This document shows positions 1-8,826 of a stretch of DNA of 64,000 nucleotides, one piece after another; the first letter of the stretch is position 1; every line of letters begins with the position of its first letter. This stretch comes from Acidobacteriota bacterium (GTDB lineage Bacteria > Acidobacteriota > Blastocatellia > RBC074): assembly GCA_016196035.1 (NCBI GenBank), contig JACPYM010000070.1:3334-67333 (forward strand). The letters run 5' to 3'. The notes under the pieces were generated by a model, which saw only the letters and a program-made list of their open reading frames with translations, had not been told where the DNA came from and did no database searches. Position numbers and translations under genes: made by a program.

Positions 1-692
1 CCGAGCATGCGCATCTCGACGGCGCCGCCCGGTGGCAAGCCGATCATCCGTTCGATGTGCGGCCCGTCCAGTTTGTGAACGAAGTGGAGCGGGAAGCCCA
101 GCACGTCTTGGAAGAAGCGCGTCTCAGTCTCGGCGTCGGGCACGACGTGCACCAGGCTGGTGAACCCGGCGAACCCACGCGGCGTGAAGGGGAACGGACG
201 CCCGACCAGTTGCAGGATCGCGATATTCACTTCGTCGTGCGCGAACATGAGCAGTTCAAAAATCTCCAGCGTCGCGCCGTCCTCTTCGGCTTCGTAACGC
301 GCGGGGGTTGAACGAAAGCGGCACCCGGCTTGCGACAACTCTGCGTAGCGCAGCTTGATTTCATCGCAAACGAGGTCAATGTTCTTCGGCACCAGATCGG
401 TGGGCTGCGCGCCCGCGCGCACGGGTGGCAGCGGTTCAGCGAATTCGACCAGATGCAGCCGGCCAGTGGTAAACCCCGGCGTGCCGAGCAAGACTTGGGC
501 GCGAATGCGTTCCGGTTCCAGTTCCCATAATTGCGCCAAGCCGTGATCCGGGCCGTCACGTCGTTGCAGGAGTTCAAATCCAAAGGTCTCAACCCAAAGT
601 TCCAAGGCCACATTCAAATCACGCACCCCAACCACCAAGTGGGCCAGTGCATCTTCATAAATGATCCCACCACCAAGCGTCGGCAAAGACAT
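1..692 (-). CDS. VOC (glyoxalase/bleomycin-resistance) family protein, runs off the left edge
   Basis: Not in the ORF track. Manual translation from ATG 692 (AAAGGAG upstream): MSLPTLGGGIIYEDALAHLVVGVRDLNVALELWVETFGFELL...GRLHLVEF...TSLVHVVPDAETETRFFQDVLGF. Two VOC-type repeats, frame open to position 1. Confidence 0.8.
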   Translation of the reverse strand, partial: MSLPTLGGGIIYEDALAHLVVGVRDLNVALELWVETFGFELLQRRDGPDHGLAQLWELEPERIRAQVLLGTPGFTTGRLHLVEFAEPLPPVRAGAQPTDLVPKNIDLVCDEIKLRYAELSQAGCRFRSTPARYEAEEDGATLEIFELLMFAHDEVNIAILQLVGRPFPFTPRGFAGFTSLVHVVPDAETETRFFQDVLGFPLHFVHKLDGPHIERMIGLPPGGAVEMRML

Positions 693-868
693 GTCGTAGA
701 GGCTCCTTTATTGGCAATTTTATGGCGCACAGATGTCTGGCAGCGTGCGTGGGCCTACCTCCCGCGCCAGACTACGGCTGTTCATCCTGCGCTACTTGTG
801 TCGGTCGCAATCGTGTGTGGTGTGCAGCGCGTGACAACAACGCGCTGGGGCAAATCGCGATACTCGTT

Positions 869-1333
869 TCAATACCAGACATCGGGCGGTTCGTCTATAC
901 GGCGCTCGACAATCACTGTAATTTTTACGAGTTCGCCTTGGTCGAAGCTTTGCCAGAGGCGGGATTTGCGGGTGGGACTGCTCAAGACAATCGTTTCGAC
1001 GACACGCTGGCCGGGCCGGTTTTTCCAGTGATAGGGAAAGACAAAGATGTCGTCGCTGACGATAAAAGTCTGGCCGAAAAAGTCAGGGTCATCAAACAGC
1101 ATGCGCTCGCCTGTGGCGTCGAAACCGGCGCGAAAATCCAGCCGCTGTTCCCTGCCTGCTGCTCCCTTCTGCGCGGGCCAGCGATAGATGACGCGCTCGT
1201 ACCAGTGGTTTCCTTCCAGCCGTGTTTCCTGCCGCGAAGCGTAATGATCCAGTACTGTGCCATCCGGCTTCAGATGCGTATACGTGCCTTCCCAAACGCC
1301 GGTGACTTGGGCGAGCCGTTCTTTTAAGGTCAT
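869..1333 (-). CDS. DUF3598-like beta-barrel protein
   Basis: 154 aa; GVWEGTYTHLKPDGTVLDHYASR and a C-terminal SRLWQSFDQGELVKITVIVERR resemble this family. Confidence 0.65.
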   Translation of the reverse strand: MTLKERLAQVTGVWEGTYTHLKPDGTVLDHYASRQETRLEGNHWYERVIYRWPAQKGAAGREQRLDFRAGFDATGERMLFDDPDFFGQTFIVSDDIFVFPYHWKNRPGQRVVETIVLSSPTRKSRLWQSFDQGELVKITVIVERRIDEPPDVWY

Positions 1334-1346
1334 AGATTTTCTGGAA

Positions 1347-1390
1347 AGTAGTCAGTAGTCAGTAGTCAGTAGTCAGTAGTCAGTAGTCAG
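1347..1390 (+). repeat. Heptamer tandem repeat (AGTAGTC)x6
   Basis: Six perfect copies plus AG; inverted partner at 1583-1610. Confidence 0.95.
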
Positions 1391-1426
1391 CATACTTGCT
1401 CCATTTTGAACGTTGATACTAGACCT

Positions 1427-1580
1427 TATCGGGATTAAGCAATGAACGGACCACGGGGAACACGGGGCGCACGGGGAAATCAAGAAAAATACCTGTGGAG
1501 GCAGAGTTTCAGTCTACTGCCCTGGTTTGTGCTTTCCCCTCTTCCCCAGTGTTCCCCGTGGTTCAATCCTATTCCCGATA
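1427..1580. repeat. Palindromic MITE/REP-like element with ~9-bp periodic arms (CCACGGGGAACAC type)
   Basis: Ends TATCGGGA...TCCCGATA; arms ACCACGGGGAACACGGGGCGCACGGGGAAA and TTTCCCCTCTTCCCCAGTGTTCCCCGTGGT; related core at 49956-50095. Confidence 0.8.
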
Positions 1581-1582
1581 CC

Positions 1583-1610
1583 GACTACTGACTACTGACT
1601 ACTGACTACT
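1583..1610 (-). repeat. Heptamer tandem repeat (GACTACT)x4, reverse complement of 1347-1390
   Basis: Four perfect copies; contains the TAG stop of the DUF1080 gene. Confidence 0.95.
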
Positions 1611-2271
1611 TCAACTCCTTGATCCGAATGTTGCGGAATTCGACCAGCGAGCCGTGGCCGAGGAAGCCGACGTGACCGGCTTTGCGCTTCAGGCCCGGAT
1701 GTTTTTTGAGCACGGCTTCTTCCTGCACTATATTCAAATCGGCATCGAGAATGATCACGCCATTGAGTTTGACGCGAATTTTGGAGTCGTTGGCGGTGAT
1801 CTCCTCGTCGTTCCATTCACCCGCCGGTTTGAGAAAGCCGGTGCGCGCCGGAATCACATCGTAAACCGAGCCGTGATGCTGTTCGGATTTGATCTTGCCT
1901 TTATATTTCTCATGGCCGTCATCAAGAATCTGAATCTCCATCCCTTGATAAGCAGCATCGCCTTCAAACGGCGCGCGTATGCCAACGCCATTATTGCCGC
2001 CGGGTTCGGTCTTGAATTCAAAGCGGAAGACAAAATTGGCGTACTCTTTTTCGGTGTAAAGATTGCCCCCACCATCAAGTGGACAGACCAATATGTCGTC
2101 TTTAATCACATAACCTGGCCCGTGGCCCTTGACCAGTGTCCAGCCCGTCAGGCTATTGCCGTCAAATAGCGTAGTAAAGCCTGCGTCAGCTTTGGCAGCA
2201 GACTGGGCCAGCACGCTGGAGCCGCAGCCGCCAACCAACACAACAAGCAACAAAACCAAACGTAGTTTCAT
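1606..2271 (-). CDS. DUF1080 (3-keto-disaccharide hydrolase-like) secreted protein
   Basis: Signal peptide; [38 protein letters not shown] and FRNIRIKEL motifs. Confidence 0.9.
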   Translation of the reverse strand: MKLRLVLLLVVLVGGCGSSVLAQSAAKADAGFTTLFDGNSLTGWTLVKGHGPGYVIKDDILVCPLDGGGNLYTEKEYANFVFRFEFKTEPGGNNGVGIRAPFEGDAAYQGMEIQILDDGHEKYKGKIKSEQHHGSVYDVIPARTGFLKPAGEWNDEEITANDSKIRVKLNGVIILDADLNIVQEEAVLKKHPGLKRKAGHVGFLGHGSLVEFRNIRIKELK

Positions 2272-2351
2272 ATTTCTTTTATCCTTGAGCTTGAACTTTC
2301 ATCCTGAATTCCGCCGCGTCTAAAACTGCCGATTCGCCACCAGATTTTTGT

Positions 2352-2380
2352 TTGACCAAGGCAGCTTGGGGGCGTAGACT
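2352..2380 (+). promoter_or_regulatory. Putative sigma70 promoter of the TonB-dependent receptor
   Basis: TTGACC (2352-2357), 17 bp spacer, TAGACT (2375-2380). Confidence 0.6.
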
Positions 2381-2728
2381 GCGTGCCATTCGGTTAGCTT
2401 TGCAGCAGTAAGTTTGCAGCAGCAAGTTAGATACGACCTAAATAAATCAGCGAGCAATCAAGCAGCACCAAGTTGAGACAGTCAATGCGTTCGCAAAGAC
2501 TAGCAATAACAAATCAAACCAGGGATTGAAAACTGTAGTGGCTGACACGGGCAACCGGGGCAGCCGAACAACTCCTTCTTGCTCAATCCACGTCTACCGC
2601 TCGCTCTGCGGGGCGTAGGCCTGATTGAATCGCAAGCAAACAATGACAATGCTTAGGTCGGAATGGCCGCATCTTAACAAAGAGTGGTCAAACCAACCAG
2701 GTTAACCCAGAAAAAGGAGATCACCACA

Positions 2729-5700
2729 ATGCGACCCTTTCTGACTAGATTGGTATTGGCGGCGTTTTTAGCGCTAGGTTCTCTAGCCGGCGCGGCCAAT
2801 GCGCAAGCGCTTTACGGCAGTATCGTAGGGAACGTAACGGACCCGCAAGGCGCGGCCCTGCCAGGCGTGGCGGTTACGATCACGAACATCGGCACTGGCC
2901 TAAAAGTGGAAACCACCACTGACGAAACCGGCAGCTATATCTTCCGCAACCTGCCCACTGGCATCTACAACATGACCTTGTCGGGCAAAGGTTTTAAGCA
3001 GTTGCAGCAGTCCGACATCAGCGTCACGGCGGGCAACCCGAAGCGGTTGGACGTGGCGCTGCAAATCGGCACGACGCAGGAAACGGTGACGGTCGAGGCC
3101 GACGCCGCGACGTTGAAGACCGAGAAGTCCGACCTCAATACGGAACTCAATTCCGTGCAGGTGACCTCGCTGCCGCTGAACCAGTATCGCAACTATCAAA
3201 CGCTGATCAATCTGGTGCCGGGCGCGACGCCGGTGCAGTTCCAGAATGCCGAGATTGACACGCCGGGCCGCAGCTTGCGCACCTGGGTCAACGGCACCCA
3301 GCCCAACAGCAACACCACCCGCGTGGATGGCGCGGTGTCGGTCAACGTCTGGCTGCCGCACCACGCGGGTTACATCCAACCGGCGGAAACCGTCGAGACG
3401 GTCAACATCGCCACCAACAGCTTCGATGCCGACACCGGCATGGCCGCTGGCGCGGCGCAGACCGTGGTGACCAAATCCGGCACCAACGATTTTCACGGCA
3501 CCGCCTTCGAGTTCTTCAACGGCGACAACCTGAACGCCAACAGCTTCTTCAACAATGCGGGCGGACTGGTGCGGCCCCCGCAAAATCGCAACACCTACGG
3601 CGGCACGCTCGGCGGGCGCATCATCAAGGACAAACTGTTCTTCTTCGGCTCTTACGAGAACTTCCGCGACCGGCGCGGCAGGATCGAAACTTACGGCGTG
3701 CCGACCGACAAAATGCGCAACGGCGACTTCAGCGAAGTCGCGGCGCTCTATCCCACTTTCAGGCTTTACAACCCAGCCACTGGGAACGCCACGACGGGTG
3801 CGGGGCGCGACACGTTCGCCAACTTCGCGATTCCCGCCGCGCAGATCAGTTCGATTGCTAAGGCGATCATGAATTACTATCCCAAGGCCAATTCGACCAA
3901 AGACCTGAACGGCAACCTGCTGATCGGCGACGACTATTCGCAGTTGCGCACGGTCAAGGTGGATCGCGCCAATTATGACGGCAAGCTCACCTGGCAGCGC
4001 ACCAAGGAACACTCGATTTGGGGCAAGTTCTCCACGCTGCGGGCCAACGTGGTGGACAATTTCAATCTTGGCTTCGACCAGGGCAGCCTGGGCGACACGA
4101 AGGTCTATGTCGTCAGTATCGGCCACACCTGGACGCTCAGCCCAACGTTGCTGCTGGACGGCAACTTTGGCTACAACCGCCAGAATCAAGTCGTGACTGG
4201 GCCGGACTTCGGTAAGAATCTCGGTCTCGATCTCGGCATTCCCGGTGTGAACGATGCCAAGGACATCCGCGCCAGCGGCCTGCCCCAATTCGCCAACGGC
4301 TACACCATTGGCACGACGCCAAACTGGATGCCGCTATACCGCAAGGAACTCAATTACAGTTTCAGCAGCGCGATCACCAAAGTCTTCGCCAAGCACGAAG
4401 TGCGCGCGGGTGTGGATATCATCAAGCTGGAACTGAATCATCGCCAGGCTGAATTCGGTGACTACGGTTTGAAAGGCGGCTTCAGCTTTAGTTCGACCGT
4501 CACTGGCACGACCAATTACATCGCGCCGGGCGGTGGCACCTGGAATTCATTCGCGGGCTTCCTGCTGGGTCTGCCGAGCTTCTTCTCGAAAGACGTGCAG
4601 ACCGAAGATCAAACCGGCCGTGAGTGGCAGAATGCGCTTTACGTGCGCGACCGCTGGCGCGTCACGCCGAATCTGACCATCAACCTGGGCCTGCGGCTCG
4701 AAAACTATCCGCTGATGAAGCGCGCCAACAGCGGCGTCGAACGGCTCGACTACAGCACCTACACCGTGCTGCTGGGCGGGCGCGGCAGCGTGCCGGAAGA
4801 CGCCGGCCTCAAATTGCAGAAATGGTATCTCGCGCCGCGTTTCGGCGTGGCCTATCGTCTCGGCGACAAGCAGGTGATTCGCGCCGGCTATGGCCGCACG
4901 ATCAATCCGCTGCCCTGGTCGCGTCCGCTGCGCGGCTCATTCCCCTATGACATTACGTTCAACCGTACTGCCGATCAGTTCCTCTCCACGACCACGCTGG
5001 CGACTGGCATCCCGGCAGTGCCGGTGCCGGATTTCAGTTCCGGCAGTGTCAAACTGCCGCTGGGCGTTTTCATGCGTTCGCCGAACTTTAACCAAGAGTT
5101 CTTCCCTGGTTCCGGCAAGGGTCTCGACCGCGCGGTCATCCAGCAGTACAACTTCACCTACGAACGCAAACTACCGTGGGACATCATCACGGAAATCGCC
5201 TACGTCGGCACGCGCACAGACGGCGGTTACGCCGACTTGAACATCAACTACGGCGAACCGGGCGGCGGCAATGCCTCGCGCAAATACTTCGCCGTAGCCG
5301 GCACCACCACCATCAGCGATTGGGGCGCCCGCACCCGCGCGCGCTACAACTCGCTGCAAGTGGCGATCAACCGGCCCTTCCAGAAAGGCTTGTTGTTGAA
5401 AGGCGCTTACACGCTGAGCAAAGCCAAAGACATGGCCGACGAGGACGGCTGGGTCGGGCTGACCTGGAATTCCCCGCTGAAGTTCCAAGACAACTTCGCG
5501 CTGGGCGGCTTTGACCGGACGCACGTCTTCCAGATGGGCTTTGTCTACGAACTGCCCTTCCTGAAAGATCGCAGCCACCTGATGGGCAAAGTGCTTGGCG
5601 GTTGGCAGGTCAACGGCATTTACGCGCATTTCTCCGGCACGCCGTATTCCATCGGCGGCACGAACAATGCGCTGAACTGCCAGGGCTGCGGCTCCGTGTT

Positions 5701-6088
5701 CATCAACTTCAGTGGCGATCCGAAGCCCATCGGCAAGGTGGGCACGAGCACCACTGACACTTATTACGACAAAGCCCTCTTCTCGCAGCCGACGGGCACG
5801 GATAAAGCAGGTTTCGGCACGTCACTGCGCAACCACTTCCGCCGTCCGCGCGTGTGGAACCAGGACCTCTCCTTGTTCAAACAATTCCGCATCAAGGAGC
5901 GGTTCCAACCCGAGTTCCGTCTCGAAGCGCTCAACGTGTTCAACCACGTGAACTGGGGCTCGCCGGTGACGACCTTCACGGCAGCCAACTTCCTGCAATT
6001 CACGCCGAGCAGTTCCGACAGCGGCGGCGGCACCAGCAACACGCCCGGCCCACGACGCGTGCAGATTGGCGTGCGCGTGCAGTTCTAG
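2729..6088 (+). CDS. TonB-dependent receptor, Oar-like with N-terminal carboxypeptidase-regulatory-like domain
   Basis: AAGGAG RBS before ATG 2729; signal peptide; GSIVGNVTDPQGAALPG, KSGTNDFHG, YVRDRWRVTPNLTINLGLR; ends with RRVQIGVRVQF. Confidence 0.95.
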   Translation: MRPFLTRLVLAAFLALGSLAGAANAQALYGSIVGNVTDPQGAALPGVAVTITNIGTGLKVETTTDETGSYIFRNLPTGIYNMTLSGKGFKQLQQSDISVTAGNPKRLDVALQIGTTQETVTVEADAATLKTEKSDLNTELNSVQVTSLPLNQYRNYQTLINLVPGATPVQFQNAEIDTPGRSLRTWVNGTQPNSNTTRVDGAVSVNVWLPHHAGYIQPAETVETVNIATNSFDADTGMAAGAAQTVVTKSGTNDFHGTAFEFFNGDNLNANSFFNNAGGLVRPPQNRNTYGGTLGGRIIKDKLFFFGSYENFRDRRGRIETYGVPTDKMRNGDFSEVAALYPTFRLYNPATGNATTGAGRDTFANFAIPAAQISSIAKAIMNYYPKANSTKDLNGNLLIGDDYSQLRTVKVDRANYDGKLTWQRTKEHSIWGKFSTLRANVVDNFNLGFDQGSLGDTKVYVVSIGHTWTLSPTLLLDGNFGYNRQNQVVTGPDFGKNLGLDLGIPGVNDAKDIRASGLPQFANGYTIGTTPNWMPLYRKELNYSFSSAITKVFAKHEVRAGVDIIKLELNHRQAEFGDYGLKGGFSFSSTVTGTTNYIAPGGGTWNSFAGFLLGLPSFFSKDVQTEDQTGREWQNALYVRDRWRVTPNLTINLGLRLENYPLMKRANSGVERLDYSTYTVLLGGRGSVPEDAGLKLQKWYLAPRFGVAYRLGDKQVIRAGYGRTINPLPWSRPLRGSFPYDITFNRTADQFLSTTTLATGIPAVPVPDFSSGSVKLPLGVFMRSPNFNQEFFPGSGKGLDRAVIQQYNFTYERKLPWDIITEIAYVGTRTDGGYADLNINYGEPGGGNASRKYFAVAGTTTISDWGARTRARYNSLQVAINRPFQKGLLLKGAYTLSKAKDMADEDGWVGLTWNSPLKFQDNFALGGFDRTHVFQMGFVYELPFLKDRSHLMGKVLGGWQVNGIYAHFSGTPYSIGGTNNALNCQGCGSVFINFSGDPKPIGKVGTSTTDTYYDKALFSQPTGTDKAGFGTSLRNHFRRPRVWNQDLSLFKQFRIKERFQPEFRLEALNVFNHVNWGSPVTTFTAANFLQFTPSSSDSGGGTSNTPGPRRVQIGVRVQF

Positions 6089-6122
6089 CCGTGTAGCGCC
6101 GCAGTTAAAGCTGTTATGACAA

Positions 6123-6163
6123 AGCGGGCGTCAGAGCTTTTGCTCTGACGCCCGCTATTTTTT
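6123..6163 (+). terminator. Intrinsic terminator
   Basis: 15-bp perfect stem AGCGGGCGTCAGAGC/GCTCTGACGCCCGCT, TTTT loop, T tract. Confidence 0.9.
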
Positions 6164-6193
6164 GCGATGAGGTAGGCAACGATGATGGCATTG

Positions 6194-6496
6194 CACAGGA
6201 TTAACGGAATTTTCCTAGTTCCAACGGATTTTGTGGTTTGGTGTTTTCCAGCGCCAGCGGCGCAAAATGTTTATAGCAACCAGCCAAAGCTAGGCGCTGA
6301 GCTCCGTTAGGAGCGCCATCTGAGCGCCGGCAGATACCGCCCCGCTGGGGCGCGCGTGTTCTTTTCGCACTCCCACTATAAACATTTCGCCCCGCCGGGG
6401 CTGTCACCACAAAATCCGCTGTGATCAGGGATTTTCAGGATTCACAGAACGTAGATAAATGATCCCGTCAATCCCGAAAATCCCGTCAATCCTGTG
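6194..6496. repeat. Nonamer-periodic inverted repeat (CAGGATT../..AATCCTG), interrupted by the 6215-6428 element
   Basis: Left units CACAGGATTAACGGAATTTTC and GGATTTTCAGGATTCACAG; right arm ATCCCGTCAATCCCGAAAATCCCGTCAATCCTGTG. Confidence 0.7.
6215..6428. mobile_element. ~213 bp non-autonomous MITE/REP-like element, copy 1
   Basis: Perfect 13-bp inner TIR CGGATTTTGTGGT/ACCACAAAATCCG, extending imperfectly to CTAG...CAG; internal hairpins; reverse-complement copy at 22095-22306. Confidence 0.85.
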
Positions 6497-6518
6497 GAGT
6501 GTTTTTATAGCGCGCTTC

Positions 6519-7838
6519 TTACTGCCTGGGTTGTTTGCGTTGCGCCTTGAGTCGCTCGGCCTGTTCAAAGGCCGCCTGTGCCGCCGCCGCTTGCCCCTGC
6601 TTTTGCCGGGTCAGGCCCAATTGGTAATACGCCTCGGCCTCATCCGGGTTGAGTTTGAGGGCCGTGTGCAGCGCCTCGACGGCTTCCTCAAGTTTATTCT
6701 GTTGCAACAGCACCTGCCCGCGCGTGACGTGCGCCTCGGCGAATTCGGGTTGCAGCTTCAAACAGGTTGCGAGCGCGGCCAGCGCCTTGTCCAATTCATT
6801 GCGGCGTTGGTAGGCCAGCGCTAGATGGAAATGCGCTTCGGGCATGTCCGGTTCCAACTCAACCAGCTTTTGCAAGGTCGCCGCCGCCGCCGCCGTGTCG
6901 CCCTTTTGCATCTGCGCGACGCCCAGGTTGAGTCGCGCGCTATCGTGGTTGGCATTCAGCCGCAAGACTGCCTGAAATTCGCGCAGGGCTTCGTCGTAGC
7001 GCTGTGCTTGCAGCAACGCCAGGCCCAAATCGTGGCGCGTCTCCAACGCCTGCGGCGCCAGTTTCAGGGCCTGTTGCAAGACCTCGACCGCTGCGTTCAA
7101 TTCCCCGGCTTCGCGCAATGCCAGGCCCAGGCCGGTCAACGCCTCCAGCCATTGCGGTTTGAGTTTGACCGCCGCGCGCAAGGCCGCCACCGCGCCCGTC
7201 CAATCCTTCAACAACGCCTTGCCCGTGCCCAAATAGTAATAGGCCTCGGTCAGATCGGGTTTCAATTTGACGGCGGCCTCGAATTCGGCCAGCGAACCGG
7301 GCAGATCGCCCAACTGGCTCAGCACAAACGCCAGGTTGCTGCGAATCTCAGCCGAGTCGGGTTTGAGTTGTTCGGCAAAGCGCAATTCACCGGCGGCCGC
7401 TTCCAGGTTTTGCTGCCGCATGAAGATCGAGCCGAGCGCAACGTGCAACTCCGCCTCTTTTGGATTGAGTTCCGCCGCCGCTTTGTAGACCGCCAGCGCG
7501 CCGTTCAAGTCGCCCTGCTGTTCCAGCGCGTTGCCCAGGTTGGTGTGGGCTTCCGGGTACGCGGGGTTGAGCCGCAGCGCTGCCTGAAATTCCGCGACAG
7601 CCGCTTTCCAATCACCACTCTTTCCCAACGCCAGCCCCAGCGCGTTATGCGCTTCGGCGCTGTTCGGATTGGCGCGCACAGCGGCGCGCAGCTTGGGCAA
7701 TTCGCTGGCGGGCGCGGCCTTGGCGGTCGGCGGCGGGGCGGGTTTCACTACAGGACGTTTCCTGCGCTGTCCGGCGACTGCCAATGGCGCGCTTAAACAT
7801 AAGAAAAGGGCAAATGAAACGATGCGAATGGAATGCAT
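6519..7838 (-). CDS. Secreted tetratricopeptide-repeat protein
   Basis: Signal peptide after ATG 7838 (GGAG upstream); tandem 34-aa TPRs (AEAHNALGLAL, PEAHTNLGNAL, etc.). Confidence 0.92.
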   Translation of the reverse strand: MHSIRIVSFALFLCLSAPLAVAGQRRKRPVVKPAPPPTAKAAPASELPKLRAAVRANPNSAEAHNALGLALGKSGDWKAAVAEFQAALRLNPAYPEAHTNLGNALEQQGDLNGALAVYKAAAELNPKEAELHVALGSIFMRQQNLEAAAGELRFAEQLKPDSAEIRSNLAFVLSQLGDLPGSLAEFEAAVKLKPDLTEAYYYLGTGKALLKDWTGAVAALRAAVKLKPQWLEALTGLGLALREAGELNAAVEVLQQALKLAPQALETRHDLGLALLQAQRYDEALREFQAVLRLNANHDSARLNLGVAQMQKGDTAAAAATLQKLVELEPDMPEAHFHLALAYQRRNELDKALAALATCLKLQPEFAEAHVTRGQVLLQQNKLEEAVEALHTALKLNPDEAEAYYQLGLTRQKQGQAAAAQAAFEQAERLKAQRKQPRQ

Positions 7839-7951
7839 TTGATGAACTTCTCCAATTCGTTTACGGCAGGTATGCACCGGCGAAACATTAGACTTGTGGC
7901 GGTGGAAAACATCGAGAAATTTGCGTTCTGGCGCTCACTGCCAACTGACCA

Positions 7952-8054
7952 ACCGTCATTCTCTATTCTGCCTTCTCCATTCCCGGGCAGCGGTAAGCCT
8001 CAATCAAGACGGCCTCTGCAAAGGAATGGAGAATACAGAATAGAGAATGGCGGT
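7952..8054. repeat. Inverted repeat built from heptamer units (ATTCTCT/AGAATAG)
   Basis: ACCGTCATTCTCTATTCTGCCTTCTCCATTCC ... GGAATGGAGAATACAGAATAGAGAATGGCGGT. Confidence 0.85.
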
Positions 8055-8148
8055 CGCCCGCCGGGTTTCAGCGTCCCGGTCGCCAATTTGCTTACGCTGT
8101 TGTTTCCACAGGTCGCAACAACTTTACTGACGAGCCAGACTTGCGCGC

Positions 8149-8670
8149 CTACAAAGGACAACGCGCCTTGGGGTCAGCCTCAAGCTCGAATTTGCACGCC
8201 GTGGCCCGCAGCAATTTCAGCCGCTGGCCATCCCAGTGGTAATAGTACCGGCCACTGCCCCGGCCATTGCGTGTGCCCGCCACGATCAACAACCGGCTGT
8301 CCAAACGGAATTGCAAAACATCTTCATCCTGGTCGGCGACGACATAAACACGTTTGAGCGTGGAAGGCAGATACAACCGGCCCGTGCGCGCTTCGACAAG
8401 CGCAAACGAAACGCAATTCGGGCCGCAACTCCACCTGGCCAGCGTGTAATGCCCGGCGAAGTTCGGCCCGGCGCTCACAGCGTCACGAATGGCGCTGCGA
8501 TAAAGCCGGGCACGCGGCTGCGGCAGTTGCGGCGCGGCGGGCTGCCCGGTGAAGTGCGCGCGCACCGGATATGTTTCAAAGCGGGGAAAGTTTTTGGACT
8601 GCGCCAGCGCGCTTACAGCACAGGCGAGCAGCCCCGCGAACAGCCGGATTGTTTTGGTTTGCGGTGGCAT
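8149..8670 (-). CDS. Secreted hypothetical protein (PNFAGHY...WSCG..C motif)
   Basis: 173 aa with signal peptide; motif GPNFAGHYTLARWSCGPNC. Confidence 0.75.
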   Translation of the reverse strand: MPPQTKTIRLFAGLLACAVSALAQSKNFPRFETYPVRAHFTGQPAAPQLPQPRARLYRSAIRDAVSAGPNFAGHYTLARWSCGPNCVSFALVEARTGRLYLPSTLKRVYVVADQDEDVLQFRLDSRLLIVAGTRNGRGSGRYYYHWDGQRLKLLRATACKFELEADPKARCPL

Positions 8671-8713
8671 TTGTTTTTCACTTCGGTGGCTGGCAAAAAG
8701 TCAACGCAGGGGG

Positions 8714-8803
8714 ACGGTACCGCGCGCGTCAGCAAGCGGAGGCTTGGCCGTTGCACCAGTCCGCCAGACTTGACGCGCCGCTTGCTGACGCGCGCGGTAC
8801 CGT
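8714..8803. repeat. REP-like inverted pair
   Basis: 26-bp perfect arms ACGGTACCGCGCGCGTCAGCAAGCGG / CCGCTTGCTGACGCGCGCGGTACCGT. Confidence 0.9.
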
Positions 8804-8826
8804 TCTGCGGATCGAACCGTCGTCTG

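Noticed and set aside
2515..2570. Cobalamin riboswitch
   Set aside because: Only AGGGA and ACTGTA fragments are present; the conserved core and B12 box were not found
2561..2575. 15-bp match CAGCCGAACAACTCC also at 16012-16026
   Set aside because: About one or two such matches are expected by chance in 64 kb, and there is no flanking similarity
6201..6410. Small ORFs within repeats (6201-6410, 22099-22290, 46730-46969, 49934-50119, 12622-12813)
   Set aside because: They are translations of palindromic or tandem repeat DNA
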